Assembly: GCA_963796685.1 (NCBI GenBank)
Contig: CAWCMR010000017.1
Coordinates: 1 to 52,045, forward strand
From: an uncultured delta proteobacterium
GTDB lineage: Bacteria > Myxococcota_A > Polyangia > Fen-1088
Length of the DNA: 52,045 bases
Direction: 5' to 3'
Positions 29,273 to 39,642 of this stretch are shown piece by piece. The notes beneath the pieces were generated by a model that worked only from the letters and a program-made list of their open reading frames with translations, made no database searches and had not been told where the DNA came from. The position numbers and the translations under genes were made by a program. Position 1 is the first letter of the stretch. Every line of letters starts with the position of its first letter.

Positions 29273-29983
29273 TCAGCGGATGACCAGGACGAAGATGTCG
29301 TAGAAGGCGTGCGTGTAGACCGCGACGGCGAAGCCGCGCAACTTGAACAGCACACCGAAGACGATCCCGGCCAGCACGCGGAAGGTGAACGAGCCGAAGC
29401 TGAACGCATCGCCGGTCGGGGGCAGGTAATGCGCGAACGAGAACACCGCCGAAGAGAAGACGAACGCGCCCAGGACCGCGGCCCATCGACTCATGCCAAG
29501 CAGCTTTTCCAGAGCTGCAATGCTGCCGCCAAGCAGGCCCAGTCGGAACACGGTCTCCTCGTACACCCCGGCGCCGAGGGACATCACGAGCCGGGTGCCA
29601 AGGCCCTGTTCGGGCAGGCCCACGGCCAGGTTGGGCGGGAATCCGAGCACCTTCGTCATGAGCAAGACAATCACCGACCCCATGGTCAGGGCGTAGACAG
29701 AGCTTTCAAGGAGGACCGGCACAAGCACCTTGCCGTTGAAGTGCTGCTTGCGCTTGAGCAGGGCGAGGGCCAGCGCGAATGCCCCCACCACGGCGGCGAG
29801 GAAGAGCAGGTAGCCTTTGAGGGTCAGGCCCAGCGAGGCGAAGAGAAAGGTCGTCACGAAGTCCGCCCCGTTGAGCATGGGCAAGGTGAACAGGACGCCG
29901 ACCTGATAGATGAGAAACAGGGGAAAGACCAGGATCAGGCTGGTCAGCAGATTGCGCGGGCTGGCTTGCTGGGCAGGAGGCAC
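29273..29983 (-). CDS. CPBP (Abi/CAAX) intramembrane glutamic protease
   Basis: Multi-TM; EETVFR, FSFAHY, HAFYD motifs. Confidence 0.88.
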   Translation of the reverse strand: MPPAQQASPRNLLTSLILVFPLFLIYQVGVLFTLPMLNGADFVTTFLFASLGLTLKGYLLFLAAVVGAFALALALLKRKQHFNGKVLVPVLLESSVYALTMGSVIVLLMTKVLGFPPNLAVGLPEQGLGTRLVMSLGAGVYEETVFRLGLLGGSIAALEKLLGMSRWAAVLGAFVFSSAVFSFAHYLPPTGDAFSFGSFTFRVLAGIVFGVLFKLRGFAVAVYTHAFYDIFVLVIR

Positions 29984-29989
29984 GCTTCG

Positions 29990-32807
29990 TTACTTCCAGT
30001 CGGGTTCGGTTTGGCCGGCAACCCAGGACGGCGCGGCGGCAGGACTGTCCGAGACGCGAAACGGGGATCCGGAGTGGCTGGCCCGCGCGGCCGCGCGGGC
30101 GGCTCCCGGCGACGCGGCGGGCGGCTTGACCACGGCAGTGACTTCCCGCTGCGGGTCGAGGTACTTGCGTGCGGCGCGCGTCACGTCAGCGACCGTGACC
30201 TTCATGATGTTGTCCCCGTACTGCCGGTAGGACTTCCAGCCTTGACCATAGGCCTCGTGAAAGGCCAGGGCTGCGGCCAGCGCGCTCTTGCGCTGCAGCC
30301 CGATGGCGTGCACGCCGATCAAGTAGCGCTGGGCGCGCGCCAGCTCGTCGGAGGTGATGCCCTTTTCGGCCACCTCGCGCAACTCGCGGTGCACGACCCC
30401 GACCGCCTCATCCAGGTTTTCCGGGCTGCTCGCAAGGTAGACGGCGAAGTAGCCGGGGTCGAGCCCCTCGACCGAAAACGCGCTGACTCGGTAGGCGAGG
30501 GCGCGCTTCTCGCGAATTTCGGTGAACAAGCGGCCGCCTTGCCCCGACAAGACGTAGGCTAGAACCTCGAGCGGAAAGCGGTCCGGGCTCGAAAATCCCA
30601 CGCCTTGGAAGCCGAGCACGAGGTGTGCCTGCTCCTTGGACATGAGCTTGAAGACCTGTGTCGGTTCGGTGCGTTTGCTCTCGACCGGGACGACCGGCTT
30701 TTCCAGGCGCTGTTCCGTCGCGTTGGCGAACAACGCCGCGACCTTGGCCTTGACCCGTGCGGGATCCACATCGCCCACCACCGCGATGGTCAGATTGGAG
30801 GTGCTGTAGCGCTGTTTGAAATAGTTGATGAGCTTGCGGCGGGTAAGGCCGGCGACCGTCTGCGGCGTGCCCATGGGATCGAGGCGGTAGGGATGCTTCT
30901 GCCACATGGCCGAATGGAACAGCTTGAACGCGACCTGGCCCAGGTTGTCTTCCTGGGCGTGGATGTCGTCGAGCACGATCCGCCGCTCTTTTTCCAGCTC
31001 GTCTTCGGAGAAGGTAGCGTTGAGAATGCAGTCGGCGACCAGGTCGAAGCCACGCTCGAAATAGCGGGAGAGGAACTCCGCCTGCACGCCCAGGCTGTTG
31101 CGCCCAGAGTACCCCGTGAGCGCGCCCGCCATGCCCTCGACATCGTTCATGATCTGCTCTGCGCTACGGGTCTTGGTTCCACGTACGAGCAGGGCCGCCA
31201 GCATGTTCGAGATCCCGTTGGAGCGGTCGTCCTCGTAGCGCAGACCGCCCACCCACGTCGCGCGCAGGGCCACGACCGGCACCGAGGCGTCGCGCATGAT
31301 GAGCAGCTTGAGGCCCGAGGGAAACACGTGACGGATCACGTGATCGGCATCGGGCGCCGAGGCCGCCGCGCGGGCAAAGCGCGCGGCTACGCGTGCTTCC
31401 GCGTTTTCCGCTGTCGTGCGCACGCGTTGCAGGACCTTTTCCGTCTTGTCCGGTTGCCGGCCGGTACCCTTCGCCGGCACCTGGACGTAGATGGACAGAT
31501 TGGATGCGTGCAGGTATTGACTGGCCACCCGACGCAGGTCGGCGGCGGTGGTCTTCTGCAGAGCCGCCAGGTAGTGCTCCTCGAAATCGGGATCGCCGGC
31601 GATGGCGGAAAAGAATCCCAGCTTGCGGGCGTAGCCCTGGACGGTCTCCTTGTCGTAGACTCGGTCGCTTTCCAGGATGGTCTTGGCCTTGGCCAACTCC
31701 TCGGCCGGAACCTCCTCGAAGGCCATGCGAAACACCTCGTCCAGCACGGCGCGAACGGCCTCTTCGATGCGGACAGGCGGCAAACCAACGCCGATCACCA
31801 AGGCCCCCGGATCCCTGGCCGAGAACAGGTACGCCGAGGTGCTCGTGGCAAGCTGCCGGTTGCGCACGACCTCGAGATTCAGTCGCGAGCTATCGCCCTG
31901 GCCGAGCAAGACCGCGAGCAAGTCGAGGATCGCGATATCGGGGTGGTCGATGGCAGGGGTGCGAAAGCCAAACAGAACCTGGGCTTCCTTGACGTCGCGG
32001 GCGGCGCCCTTCACGCGCAGCCCATGTTGCTCGGGCTGGGCTGGGCGAGGTCCCTCCGCCACCCCGCGGGCCATGGGTGCAAAGCCCTTGGCGATCTTGG
32101 CCCTGGCAACCTCGATGTCGAAGTCGCCGACGACCACCAAGGTCACGTTGCTGGCCACGTAGTGCTTGGCGAAGAACGACAGGATGTCCTCACGGCGCAA
32201 CTTGCGCACCGTGGCTTCGTTGCCGATGATCGGGCGCCCGTAGGGGTGAACGTCGAACACGGACTGAAAAAGCCCCAGACCGGCCTGCCGCTCCGGATCG
32301 TCGATGCCCTGTTTGATCTCCTCGAGCACGACATTGCGTTCGCGCTCCAGCTCGCCGGCGTCGAAGCTGGAGTTCATTAGCGTGTCGGCCAGGATGTCGA
32401 GACCGGTGTCGAAGAACCGACTGGCCAGCACCAGGTGGTAGACGGTTTCGTCGTGGCTGGTCCAGGCGTTGATTTCGCCACCCGAGCTTCTCGACCTCGC
32501 GGGCAATCTGGCCCACGCCGCGCTTCTTCGTGCCCTTGAACAGCATGTGCTCGAACACATGGGCGATGCCGGCCAACTCGGGGGGCTCGTCGGCGGAGCC
32601 GATCTTGACCCATGCCTGAAAAGCCACGACCGGCGCCGCATGATTTTCTTCGAGAACTACCTCAAGGCCATTGTCGAGTTTGAATACCACGCGCTTGGGT
32701 CTCCCTTCCGCATCCACTGAGTGCCCCTGCTTGCCCGCTGGGACCGCGAGTCTTCCGGCGCATCCGGCGAGCATCGCAAGGACGAAGCAGGCAGCTGCAG
32801 GTTTCAC
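29990..32807 (-). CDS. M16 (insulinase/pitrilysin) zinc protease lipoprotein, split by a +1 frameshift near 32481-32490
   Basis: Lipobox LAGC, LDNGL, GIAHVFEHMLFKGT in ORF 32190-32807; GEINAWTS...HPYGRP...RLFTEIREKRALAY in ORF 29990-32641. Confidence 0.9.
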
Positions 32808-32878
32808 GGCGCAACCGTAGCACGAGGCAGGCGCCTTGGGTGCCCTTGGCGGACATCTGGCATGCTAAAACATCCATC

Positions 32879-33085
32879 ATGGCAGAGCCTTCCAAGTGTC
32901 CCGTGTGCAAACGCGTGCTTCCGACCCACGTGGGCGCTCCGGCCTTCGGCCCCTTTTGCTCGGCCCGCTGCCGGTCCATCGACCTTGGTAGCTGGCTCGA
33001 AGGTCGTTACAGCATCGCCGGGACACCGGAGGAGACCGAGGACGAGGAGGCCTGGGTGCCCCCTGGCGAGGACGGCGAGTCCTAG
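32879..33085 (+). CDS. yacG: DNA gyrase inhibitor YacG
   Basis: CPVC...PFCSARCRSIDLGSW..GRYSI, acidic tail. Confidence 0.9.
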   Translation: MAEPSKCPVCKRVLPTHVGAPAFGPFCSARCRSIDLGSWLEGRYSIAGTPEETEDEEAWVPPGEDGES

Positions 33086-33212
33086 TCCGTCGTCGATGCA
33101 AAGTCCTTGGACTTTTTTGTGGCGACGGAACCCGTTCGTGATAACTTTCGCCGCCTTGACGGCGGGGCGGGGCCAGGGCTTCGGCTCGAACCCCCGTGGG
33201 CAGGTGAAAATT

Positions 33213-33286
33213 CGGGGCGTGGCGCAGTCTGGTAGCGCGTTCGGTTCGGGACCGAAAGGCCGGAGGTTCAAATCCTCTCGCCCCGA
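33213..33286 (+). tRNA. tRNA-Pro (anticodon CGG), CCA not encoded
   Basis: Cloverleaf: CGGGGCG/CGCCCCG acceptor, GCGC D-stem, TTCGG-TTCGGGA-CCGAA anticodon arm, GGAGG-TTCAAAT-CCTCT T-arm. Confidence 0.97.
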
Positions 33287-33325
33287 CAAAGACAACTTTT
33301 CACGACCGCTTGACGAGATCCCAGT

Positions 33326-35794
33326 ATGCAGCTCGCATTCTGGGCCGCCTCGCTGACGGCCGGCATCCTGGCCGGCTTGGTCGCGGCACCGCCGCAAGTC
33401 TGGGTGTTCGCCGGCATCGCCTTGGCGGCATCTGTCTTGTTCCCGTGCCTGCACGCCCGGAGCTTGGGGCTGGCCTGCCTGGCCATGGCTTGCGGCATCT
33501 GGCTCGGACATCGCGAAGTGGTTCACGCCTTGGCATCGCCCGAGGTGATTGAAGACACGCCGGTCGAGATAATCGGACAAGTCGTGGCCGGCGCCGACGT
33601 GGCCGACCGACCGGACACGGGTGCCATCGAGAGCTCCAAGGAGCGGACTGGCGACAAGCAGCGAGCTGATTCCAGCCGCTGTCATCTGCGCATCGGGGTC
33701 CAGGCGGTCGAAGGCAAGCCCGTCGTCGCCTCGCTTTCGCTGCTGGTCCTCGATGGCGTGCCGGACTTGGCTCCTGGCGATTGGGTCCGCTTTTCGAGTC
33801 GTCTCTACGTGCCGAGGGGATTCGCCAACCCCGGGCTGCCAGACGCGCGACTGCTGGCGCGCGCCCAAGACATCGACTTGCTGGCAGCAGTTCGCTCGCC
33901 GTCGGATCTGCACCGCGTATCGGGGCGGCCGAGCGCGCTCGGCCTTGCCAGGCGCTGGGCCTTTCATCTCCGCCAGGCCATGGCGCGCGCGATCAATCAT
34001 CGGCTGTCCGAAGTGCCTGCGGGGTTCGTTCGCACCATGGTCCTCGGCGAACGCACGGACGTGCCGGTCGAGGTCGAGGACGGCTTTCGGGCGGCCGGCG
34101 CCACACACGTCCTGTCCGTGTCCGGCCTTCACCTGGCGGTGGTCGTGGCGCTGGTCTTTCACGGCCTCAAGCGGCTCATCGCTTGTTTCCCATCCTGGTC
34201 CCTGCGTGTGCCACCGAAGGTTCTGGCCTCGGCGCTTTCGTTGCCCGCCTGCGCCTTCTACACCCTTCTCACCGGCGAGGCCGTGGCCACCGTGCGCTCG
34301 GCCCTCATGGCAGCCGTGGTTCTCGGTGCGGCTGTGGTCAATCGACCGGTCACGCTGGCCGCCAGCATTGCCGCTGCGGCGATCGTTCTCCTCGTCCGGT
34401 CGCCCCTGGCCATTCTCGACGTGTCGTTTCAACTTTCGTTCGCCTCGGTCATTGCGCTCGGACTGTTCGCCCGTTGGCTTCTGCCAAGTGGTGCCGAGGA
34501 AACGCCGAGACATTCGAATCGCGCGCTCATTTGGCTCTTGCGCTCGCTGTCGGCTAGTTTCGCTGCCAGCTTGGTGACTGCCCCGCTTGTTGCGCACCAC
34601 TTCGGTCAGGTCACCCCGGCCGCGCCGGTCGGCAACCTGGTCTTGGTGCCGGTGGTGGAGCTGGTGGTCTTGCCGTGCGGGCTGGTGGGGGCGTTGCTCG
34701 CGCTTCTGCACCCCTGGTTGGGGGCTCTTCCGCTCGCGCTCGCGGGCCTCGCGTCGCGCGTGGCGATCCTGCTGGCCGGAATCTTTCGGCGGTTTGCGCC
34801 GGTGCTGCTGGTTCGCTATCCGACCTGGTGCGAATGTCTCTTGCTCGTCGCCGCAGCGGCGTTCCTTCTGCAGGCATTGGTGTCGAGGCGGCGGCCCGGC
34901 AAGCGGTGGCTGGTTGCCGCGGCCGTGGCCCTGATCCTTGCCGGGACGAGCCTGCTTTGGCGCGAAACCGTCCGGCGCACCCGCGACGATCTACGTGTGA
35001 CCTTTCTCGATGTCGGACAAGGAGACTCTGCCCTGGTCGAGGGGCCGGGCGGATTCGTGGCGCTTGTCGACGGCGGCGGGCGCTACGACGACGGTTTCGA
35101 CACCGGCACGCGCATCGTGGAGCCGGTGCTGCGCGCACGCGGGATCGCAAGACTGGACTTGGTCGTGCTGTCCCATCCCCACCCAGACCATATAAACGGC
35201 CTGCTGCCCATTCTCGCGCGGTTCCGCGTGGGCGCGCTTTGGACCAACGGCGACGATGGCAAGAATCCCAAGTATCGGGCTCTTATGGCGTTGGCGACCG
35301 AGAACCACGTGAGCACGCCACCACCCGCGGCGATGGCATCGGGTGGATTGACCGTGACGCCCTTGAGCCCGTGGCTGGATGGCCGTATCGGCGTGCCTCC
35401 CGGGCTTGGGACCAATGACGCTTCCTTGGTGGTTCGCGTGGACTACGCCGGTCGACGCCTTCTGCTCGCGGGCGACATCGGCGAGGAAGGGGAGGCCGAG
35501 CTTCTCGATCGCCGCGTCGCCGGCATCGAGGTCGCCTGCGACGTGCTCAAGATCCCGCATCACGGAAGCCGTCACGCCTCGGGCGAGGCGTTCCTCGATG
35601 CCGTCTCGCCGAGCCTGGCCGTGGTCTCCGCCGGGAAATACAACCGCTTCGGTTTGCCCAACCCGGCCGCACTGGCACGCTATGCGCAGCGCGGGATCGA
35701 GGTGCTACGCACGGATCGCGACGGCGCGGTGGGCGTCGTGGTGGATAGCTCAGGCGGCATCAGCGCGACTTGCATGCGGGGTTGCCGACCATGA
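33326..35794 (+). CDS. comEC: DNA uptake channel ComEC/Rec2
   Basis: NPG, GATHVLSVSGLH, SFQLSF, FLDVGQGD, SHPHPDHING, KIPHHGS, RTDRDG. Confidence 0.95.
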   Translation: MQLAFWAASLTAGILAGLVAAPPQVWVFAGIALAASVLFPCLHARSLGLACLAMACGIWLGHREVVHALASPEVIEDTPVEIIGQVVAGADVADRPDTGAIESSKERTGDKQRADSSRCHLRIGVQAVEGKPVVASLSLLVLDGVPDLAPGDWVRFSSRLYVPRGFANPGLPDARLLARAQDIDLLAAVRSPSDLHRVSGRPSALGLARRWAFHLRQAMARAINHRLSEVPAGFVRTMVLGERTDVPVEVEDGFRAAGATHVLSVSGLHLAVVVALVFHGLKRLIACFPSWSLRVPPKVLASALSLPACAFYTLLTGEAVATVRSALMAAVVLGAAVVNRPVTLAASIAAAAIVLLVRSPLAILDVSFQLSFASVIALGLFARWLLPSGAEETPRHSNRALIWLLRSLSASFAASLVTAPLVAHHFGQVTPAAPVGNLVLVPVVELVVLPCGLVGALLALLHPWLGALPLALAGLASRVAILLAGIFRRFAPVLLVRYPTWCECLLLVAAAAFLLQALVSRRRPGKRWLVAAAVALILAGTSLLWRETVRRTRDDLRVTFLDVGQGDSALVEGPGGFVALVDGGGRYDDGFDTGTRIVEPVLRARGIARLDLVVLSHPHPDHINGLLPILARFRVGALWTNGDDGKNPKYRALMALATENHVSTPPPAAMASGGLTVTPLSPWLDGRIGVPPGLGTNDASLVVRVDYAGRRLLLAGDIGEEGEAELLDRRVAGIEVACDVLKIPHHGSRHASGEAFLDAVSPSLAVVSAGKYNRFGLPNPAALARYAQRGIEVLRTDRDGAVGVVVDSSGGISATCMRGCRP

Positions 35795-35867
35795 GAACCT
35801 CTCCTTGCTGGCGTCGACCCGAACACGGGTGGACGAACCTTCGAGGAGCGGCGGAAGGGGCCTCGGC

Positions 35868-36123
35868 TCAACTTTCCGCGTAGAGCTTCAACTGCTCGCC
35901 GACGACACCTTCGGTCAAACCCGTGCGCAGGCAATCCTGCAGACAGTCGGCGAGGGTAATCTGCATTTCCTCGACCCCGCCATCTTGCATTATTTTGTTC
36001 AGCAACGATCGAGCCTCGGGCGATTCCTCATCGCGGAGGAATTCCTTGACCATATCGATCGGTGAGCTCGCCCGAAAAGTCGAGCATCGCGTGGTCAAGG
36101 AGATAGGCGATGAGCTGTTTCAC
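35868..36123 (-). CDS. Small hypothetical protein (about 84 aa), split by a +1 frameshift near 36054-36085
   Basis: GGAGG-N5-GTG at 36123 gives MKQLIAYLLDHAMLDFSGELT; next frame continues IDMVKEFLRDEESPEAR...KLYAES*; span 256 nt = 3n+1. Confidence 0.6.
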
Positions 36124-36373
36124 AGGAACCTCCGGCGACTTGGATTGAAAAGCGAAACACTGCTAATACCTCGTAAACGCAGCACAAATCAAGGATATTG
36201 CAGGTCTTCCAGGTCGATTTGTGCGCTTTGTACCGACACTTGCCTACCCAGTGAGCTTCCCCGTCTCGAAACGGGCTCGCCAAGCCGGGTCCGAGGGGGG
36301 AGGCAAGCCAGATAGGCGTGAGAGCGTCATCCACTTCTTGACTGATTTCTCGGATTTTTTTACCGTCCAGCAC

Positions 36374-36718
36374 GTGCCGCCCCGTCGCCAGTCTTGGGCG
36401 CTCGCGCTGGGATTCCTACTCCTTTCCGGCTGCGGGCCCGTCGTGTATCTGAAAGAGGTCAGCACACGTGCGGCCGCAGCCTTGAGCCAGGCCAAAGTCG
36501 AGGGAGCGGACAAGCAGGCCCCGTACGAATACACGAAGGCCAGCCTGTATTACGAGAAGGCACGTGAAGATGCCGGGCGGGCGTATTTTCAAGATGCCAT
36601 CGATTGGGGACGCCGCAGCCAGGACTGTTCCCGACGAGCATCGGCCCTCGCGAGGTCCGCGCAGACCATCCACGCCGAGGGGGCTCCCAGGCCGAACCAG
36701 ACTTGCGGGGAGCTCTGA
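36374..36718 (+). CDS. DUF4398-like helical lipoprotein
   Basis: Lipobox LSGC; AALSQAK..GADKQAPYEYTKA..YYEKARE; GTG start chosen just before the signal peptide. Confidence 0.72.
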   Translation: MPPRRQSWALALGFLLLSGCGPVVYLKEVSTRAAAALSQAKVEGADKQAPYEYTKASLYYEKAREDAGRAYFQDAIDWGRRSQDCSRRASALARSAQTIHAEGAPRPNQTCGEL

Positions 36719-36760
36719 CGGTGGCGAGGCTTTCGCGGCGAATGACCGAAATGGAACCCA

Positions 36761-36890
36761 TGACCTGGAAACACCTCGCCCCGCGCAGCGGGGAGAGGAC
36801 AGACGCGAGAGAATCTTGGCCGCGAAGCCCACGCCTCGCCCCGCGCAGCGGGGAGAGGTCGCCGAGCGTAGCGAGGCGGGTGAGGGGCTG
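36761..36890. repeat. REP-like family B, tandem pair
   Basis: cctcgccccgcgcagcggggagagg at 36774-36798 and 36834-36858, second followed by ...gggtgagggg; also at 12755-12779. Confidence 0.8.
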
Positions 36891-36909
36891 CCGCATTTCG
36901 GCCTCCGCG

Positions 36910-37923
36910 ATGGTATGCGCCGAGCGAAGCTCGTCAGCTTTTCTGGCGCTGGTGCTGGCTCTTCTATTCGGTTGCGCCGGTTGTGCCGGGGCCGATTCTG
37001 CAAGCGGCGTCGGCAGGGTTCGGGAGCAGCTGGCAACGGCCCGCAGCCATGGTGCATACCGCTGCGCCCCTCGCGAATTGGCCAGCGGCGAAGCCAACGC
37101 CGAGTTCGCCGAGCGCGACTTCGACGAGGGTAGGTATTTTCTGGCCAAGGATCGTCTTGCTGCGGCTCAGGCAGCGGCCGAGGAGGCATTACGCTTGTCC
37201 TCGGACGAACGGACCTGTCCCAAGGAAAAGCCGCCGCGGCGCCAAGAGCCCGTACCCAATCCGCTGGCCGATCGGGACGGCGACGGCATTCCCGATGTTC
37301 GCGACAAATGCCCCAACGAGCCAGAAGACAAGGACGGGTACGAGGACGACGACGGGTGTCCCGATCCGGACAACGACCAAGACGGTATCCTGGACGCCGC
37401 CGACAAGTGCCCAAACGAGCCCGAGGATTTCGACGGTTTCCAGGACGAAGACGGATGTCCGGATCCGGACAACGACCAGGACGGTGTCCCCGACGCCAGC
37501 GACAGGTGCCCGAACGAGCCCGGGCCTGCGTCGAATGGCGGCTGCCCGCCCAAGCTCGAGCTCGTCACCGTCACGCCGGAAAAGATCGAGCTCAAACAGG
37601 CCATCTTCTTCCGAACGGCGAGGGCGGTCATCATGCCGAGGAGCTTCGGCATCCTCGACGAGGTCGCCACGGTCTTGAACGCCCGACCCGATATGCACGT
37701 GCGCATCGAAGGACACACCGACAGCCGGGGCGGCCACGCCTACAACGTTCGCCTCTCGCAGGCCCGAGCCGATTCCGTGAAGGCCTATTTGGTTGGCAAG
37801 GGAATCGGTAGTGATCGGATGGAAGCAAAAGGGTATGGTCCTGATCAGCCGATCGACAACAACAAGACGGCGGCGGGTCGCGAACGCAATCGTCGCGTCG
37901 AATTCATGATCACGCAGCAATAG
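36910..37923 (+). CDS. OmpA-family lipoprotein with TSP3-like Ca-binding repeats
   Basis: Signal and lipobox (LFGC/AGC), DRDGDGIPD..DKCP repeats, IEGHTDS...LSQARA..V, NRRVEF. Confidence 0.9.
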   Translation: MVCAERSSSAFLALVLALLFGCAGCAGADSASGVGRVREQLATARSHGAYRCAPRELASGEANAEFAERDFDEGRYFLAKDRLAAAQAAAEEALRLSSDERTCPKEKPPRRQEPVPNPLADRDGDGIPDVRDKCPNEPEDKDGYEDDDGCPDPDNDQDGILDAADKCPNEPEDFDGFQDEDGCPDPDNDQDGVPDASDRCPNEPGPASNGGCPPKLELVTVTPEKIELKQAIFFRTARAVIMPRSFGILDEVATVLNARPDMHVRIEGHTDSRGGHAYNVRLSQARADSVKAYLVGKGIGSDRMEAKGYGPDQPIDNNKTAAGRERNRRVEFMITQQ

Positions 37924-37938
37924 GAAGGAATCGCTACC

Positions 37939-39639
37939 ATGGCCAACAAGGAACTAGGGCGGTCGGCCGCACGGCTGAGTGCGGTTCGGTTTCTCGCACT
38001 CACCCTGAGTGTTTCCACCGTGATACTCGCGCTCACCACACACACGGCGTACGCGATCGACCAGAAGAAGGCGCGCGACAAGATTGTCGATCTCAACAAG
38101 CAGGCCCTGCTTTCCTATGAAGCCAAAGACTTCGAAACCGCCAAGAATCTCCTGAACAAGGCGCTCAAGGAAGCCAAGGAGGCCGGCCTCGACGACGACA
38201 AGATGACGGCGCGAACCTACCTGCACTTGGGTGCGGTCTATTGGGTCGGCTTCCAGGACCAGGCCCAGGCGTTGCAGAACTTCACGTTGGCCAAGAAGAT
38301 TCGTCCCGACATCCAGCTCACGCCTTCCATCGAGACCGCCGATCTGAAGTCGGTTTTCGATCTGGCCGTGGTCGAGCCCGAACAGGCGCCGGAGCCGGCG
38401 CCGGCGCCTTCCCCGCCGCCGGTTCGCGCCCAGCCCCAGCCTCGAGCACCCTCCCCGCAGCTCTCGGGCGACGAGGGCGGCGAGCCCGATCTGCCGGCGA
38501 CCATGAGCTCGCCGCTGATGTGCGCGGTGCCGGATGTGGTCCCGCCTGGCCGGGAGCTGTCGATCCGCTGCGCGCTGAAGCCGGGCCTGAACGCCAAGGT
38601 CGTGCAACTGCACCACCGTGCCCCCGGGGTCGAGGCCTACCAGGTGTTGCCCATGCACAAGACGGCCAAGGGCTGGTATCTGGCGACCCTACCCGGTCAC
38701 ATGATGAAGCCCGGCGACCTGCAGATCTACTTCGACGCCCGCGACGCCAGCGACAAGGAAATCGCCAGCAATGGGCAAGTCGACAGCCCCACGATCATCG
38801 AGATTCGCAAGAAGGGTGGTGGCGGTCAGCGCGGCGGGGGCGACGAGGAAGATCCGTTGAACCGGATCCGTACCCAGCAGCGGGACGAGGCCTACGAGAC
38901 TGGCTTGCACCGCCGCCGCGCGGGTGCGGTTTGGTTGGGAGTGGGGGCCGGCGCCGGCTGGGGTTATGCGCCGGCTGGAAAGCTAGAGTGGGAGAAGTAT
39001 ATTCAGGTCAGCGCCATCACCACCTCGACCGGCCAGTTTCATCTGCTGCCCGAGGTTGGCTATATGTATTCGGACACCTTTGGGCTCGCTGTGCAGGCGA
39101 GGTGGGAGTTCTTCAAGCAGCAACAGAGCGCAACCGGCGGTCCGGACGGCGCACCGGCAACCCAGGCGTTTGCCGTCTTCGGACGCGCCATCTGGTACAC
39201 GGACTTGTCGAGCGACGGAAACTTCGAGCTATCGTACTCGGGTGACGTCGGCGGTGGCTTCATTCGCTTCCCGGTGAAGCCCGTTGTCGTGTACAAGCCC
39301 GACACAAACAACCCGGGAGGACCGGATATTACCGACCCGGCCAAGACCATCTACAGGACCGATACACGGCAGGTGGGCCCGGTTTTGGCTGGCGCTAGCG
39401 TCGGGCTCATCTATCACGTTTCGCGACACTTCGCGCTTGCTCTCGATGGTCGTTTCGTGACCGGCCTTCCTGCGTTTGGCGCTGTGCTCGAAGGTGGGCT
39501 TTCCGCACAGGTCTCAATCGGCGGCACGAAGGGACCAGCGCCAGCGGATGAAGAGGGCGAGGGCGGCGAAGGTGGCGGGCCAGGACCCGGAAACGACGCA
39601 CCCCCGCCCGAAGAGTCGTCTTCCGACGACGGGGAGTAG
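37939..39639 (+). CDS. Exported TPR-containing protein with probable C-terminal beta-barrel
   Basis: Signal peptide (AYA), TPR-like helices (ARTYLHLGAVY), Pro-rich linker, amphipathic beta-strands at C-terminus. Confidence 0.7.
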   Translation: MANKELGRSAARLSAVRFLALTLSVSTVILALTTHTAYAIDQKKARDKIVDLNKQALLSYEAKDFETAKNLLNKALKEAKEAGLDDDKMTARTYLHLGAVYWVGFQDQAQALQNFTLAKKIRPDIQLTPSIETADLKSVFDLAVVEPEQAPEPAPAPSPPPVRAQPQPRAPSPQLSGDEGGEPDLPATMSSPLMCAVPDVVPPGRELSIRCALKPGLNAKVVQLHHRAPGVEAYQVLPMHKTAKGWYLATLPGHMMKPGDLQIYFDARDASDKEIASNGQVDSPTIIEIRKKGGGGQRGGGDEEDPLNRIRTQQRDEAYETGLHRRRAGAVWLGVGAGAGWGYAPAGKLEWEKYIQVSAITTSTGQFHLLPEVGYMYSDTFGLAVQARWEFFKQQQSATGGPDGAPATQAFAVFGRAIWYTDLSSDGNFELSYSGDVGGGFIRFPVKPVVVYKPDTNNPGGPDITDPAKTIYRTDTRQVGPVLAGASVGLIYHVSRHFALALDGRFVTGLPAFGAVLEGGLSAQVSIGGTKGPAPADEEGEGGEGGGPGPGNDAPPPEESSSDDGE

Positions 39640-39642
39640 CCC

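Noticed and set aside
33213-33330. tRNA-Pro as integration site of an island
   Set aside because: No integrase and no duplicated tRNA 3' end seen; flanked by core genes yacG and comEC
32804-34711. Long antisense ORFs (this 635-aa one, also 9355-10854, 30605-32380, 39514-41385, 50290-51801)
   Set aside because: Stop-poor shadows of real genes in high-GC DNA, with no recognisable motifs
36774-36858. Two 25-nt repeats 60 nt apart with a CCCCGCGCAGCGGGG core resembling type I-E CRISPR repeats
   Set aside because: Only two units, no cas genes or leader, and a lone copy at 12755 with the same gggtgagggg tail; fits a REP-like family
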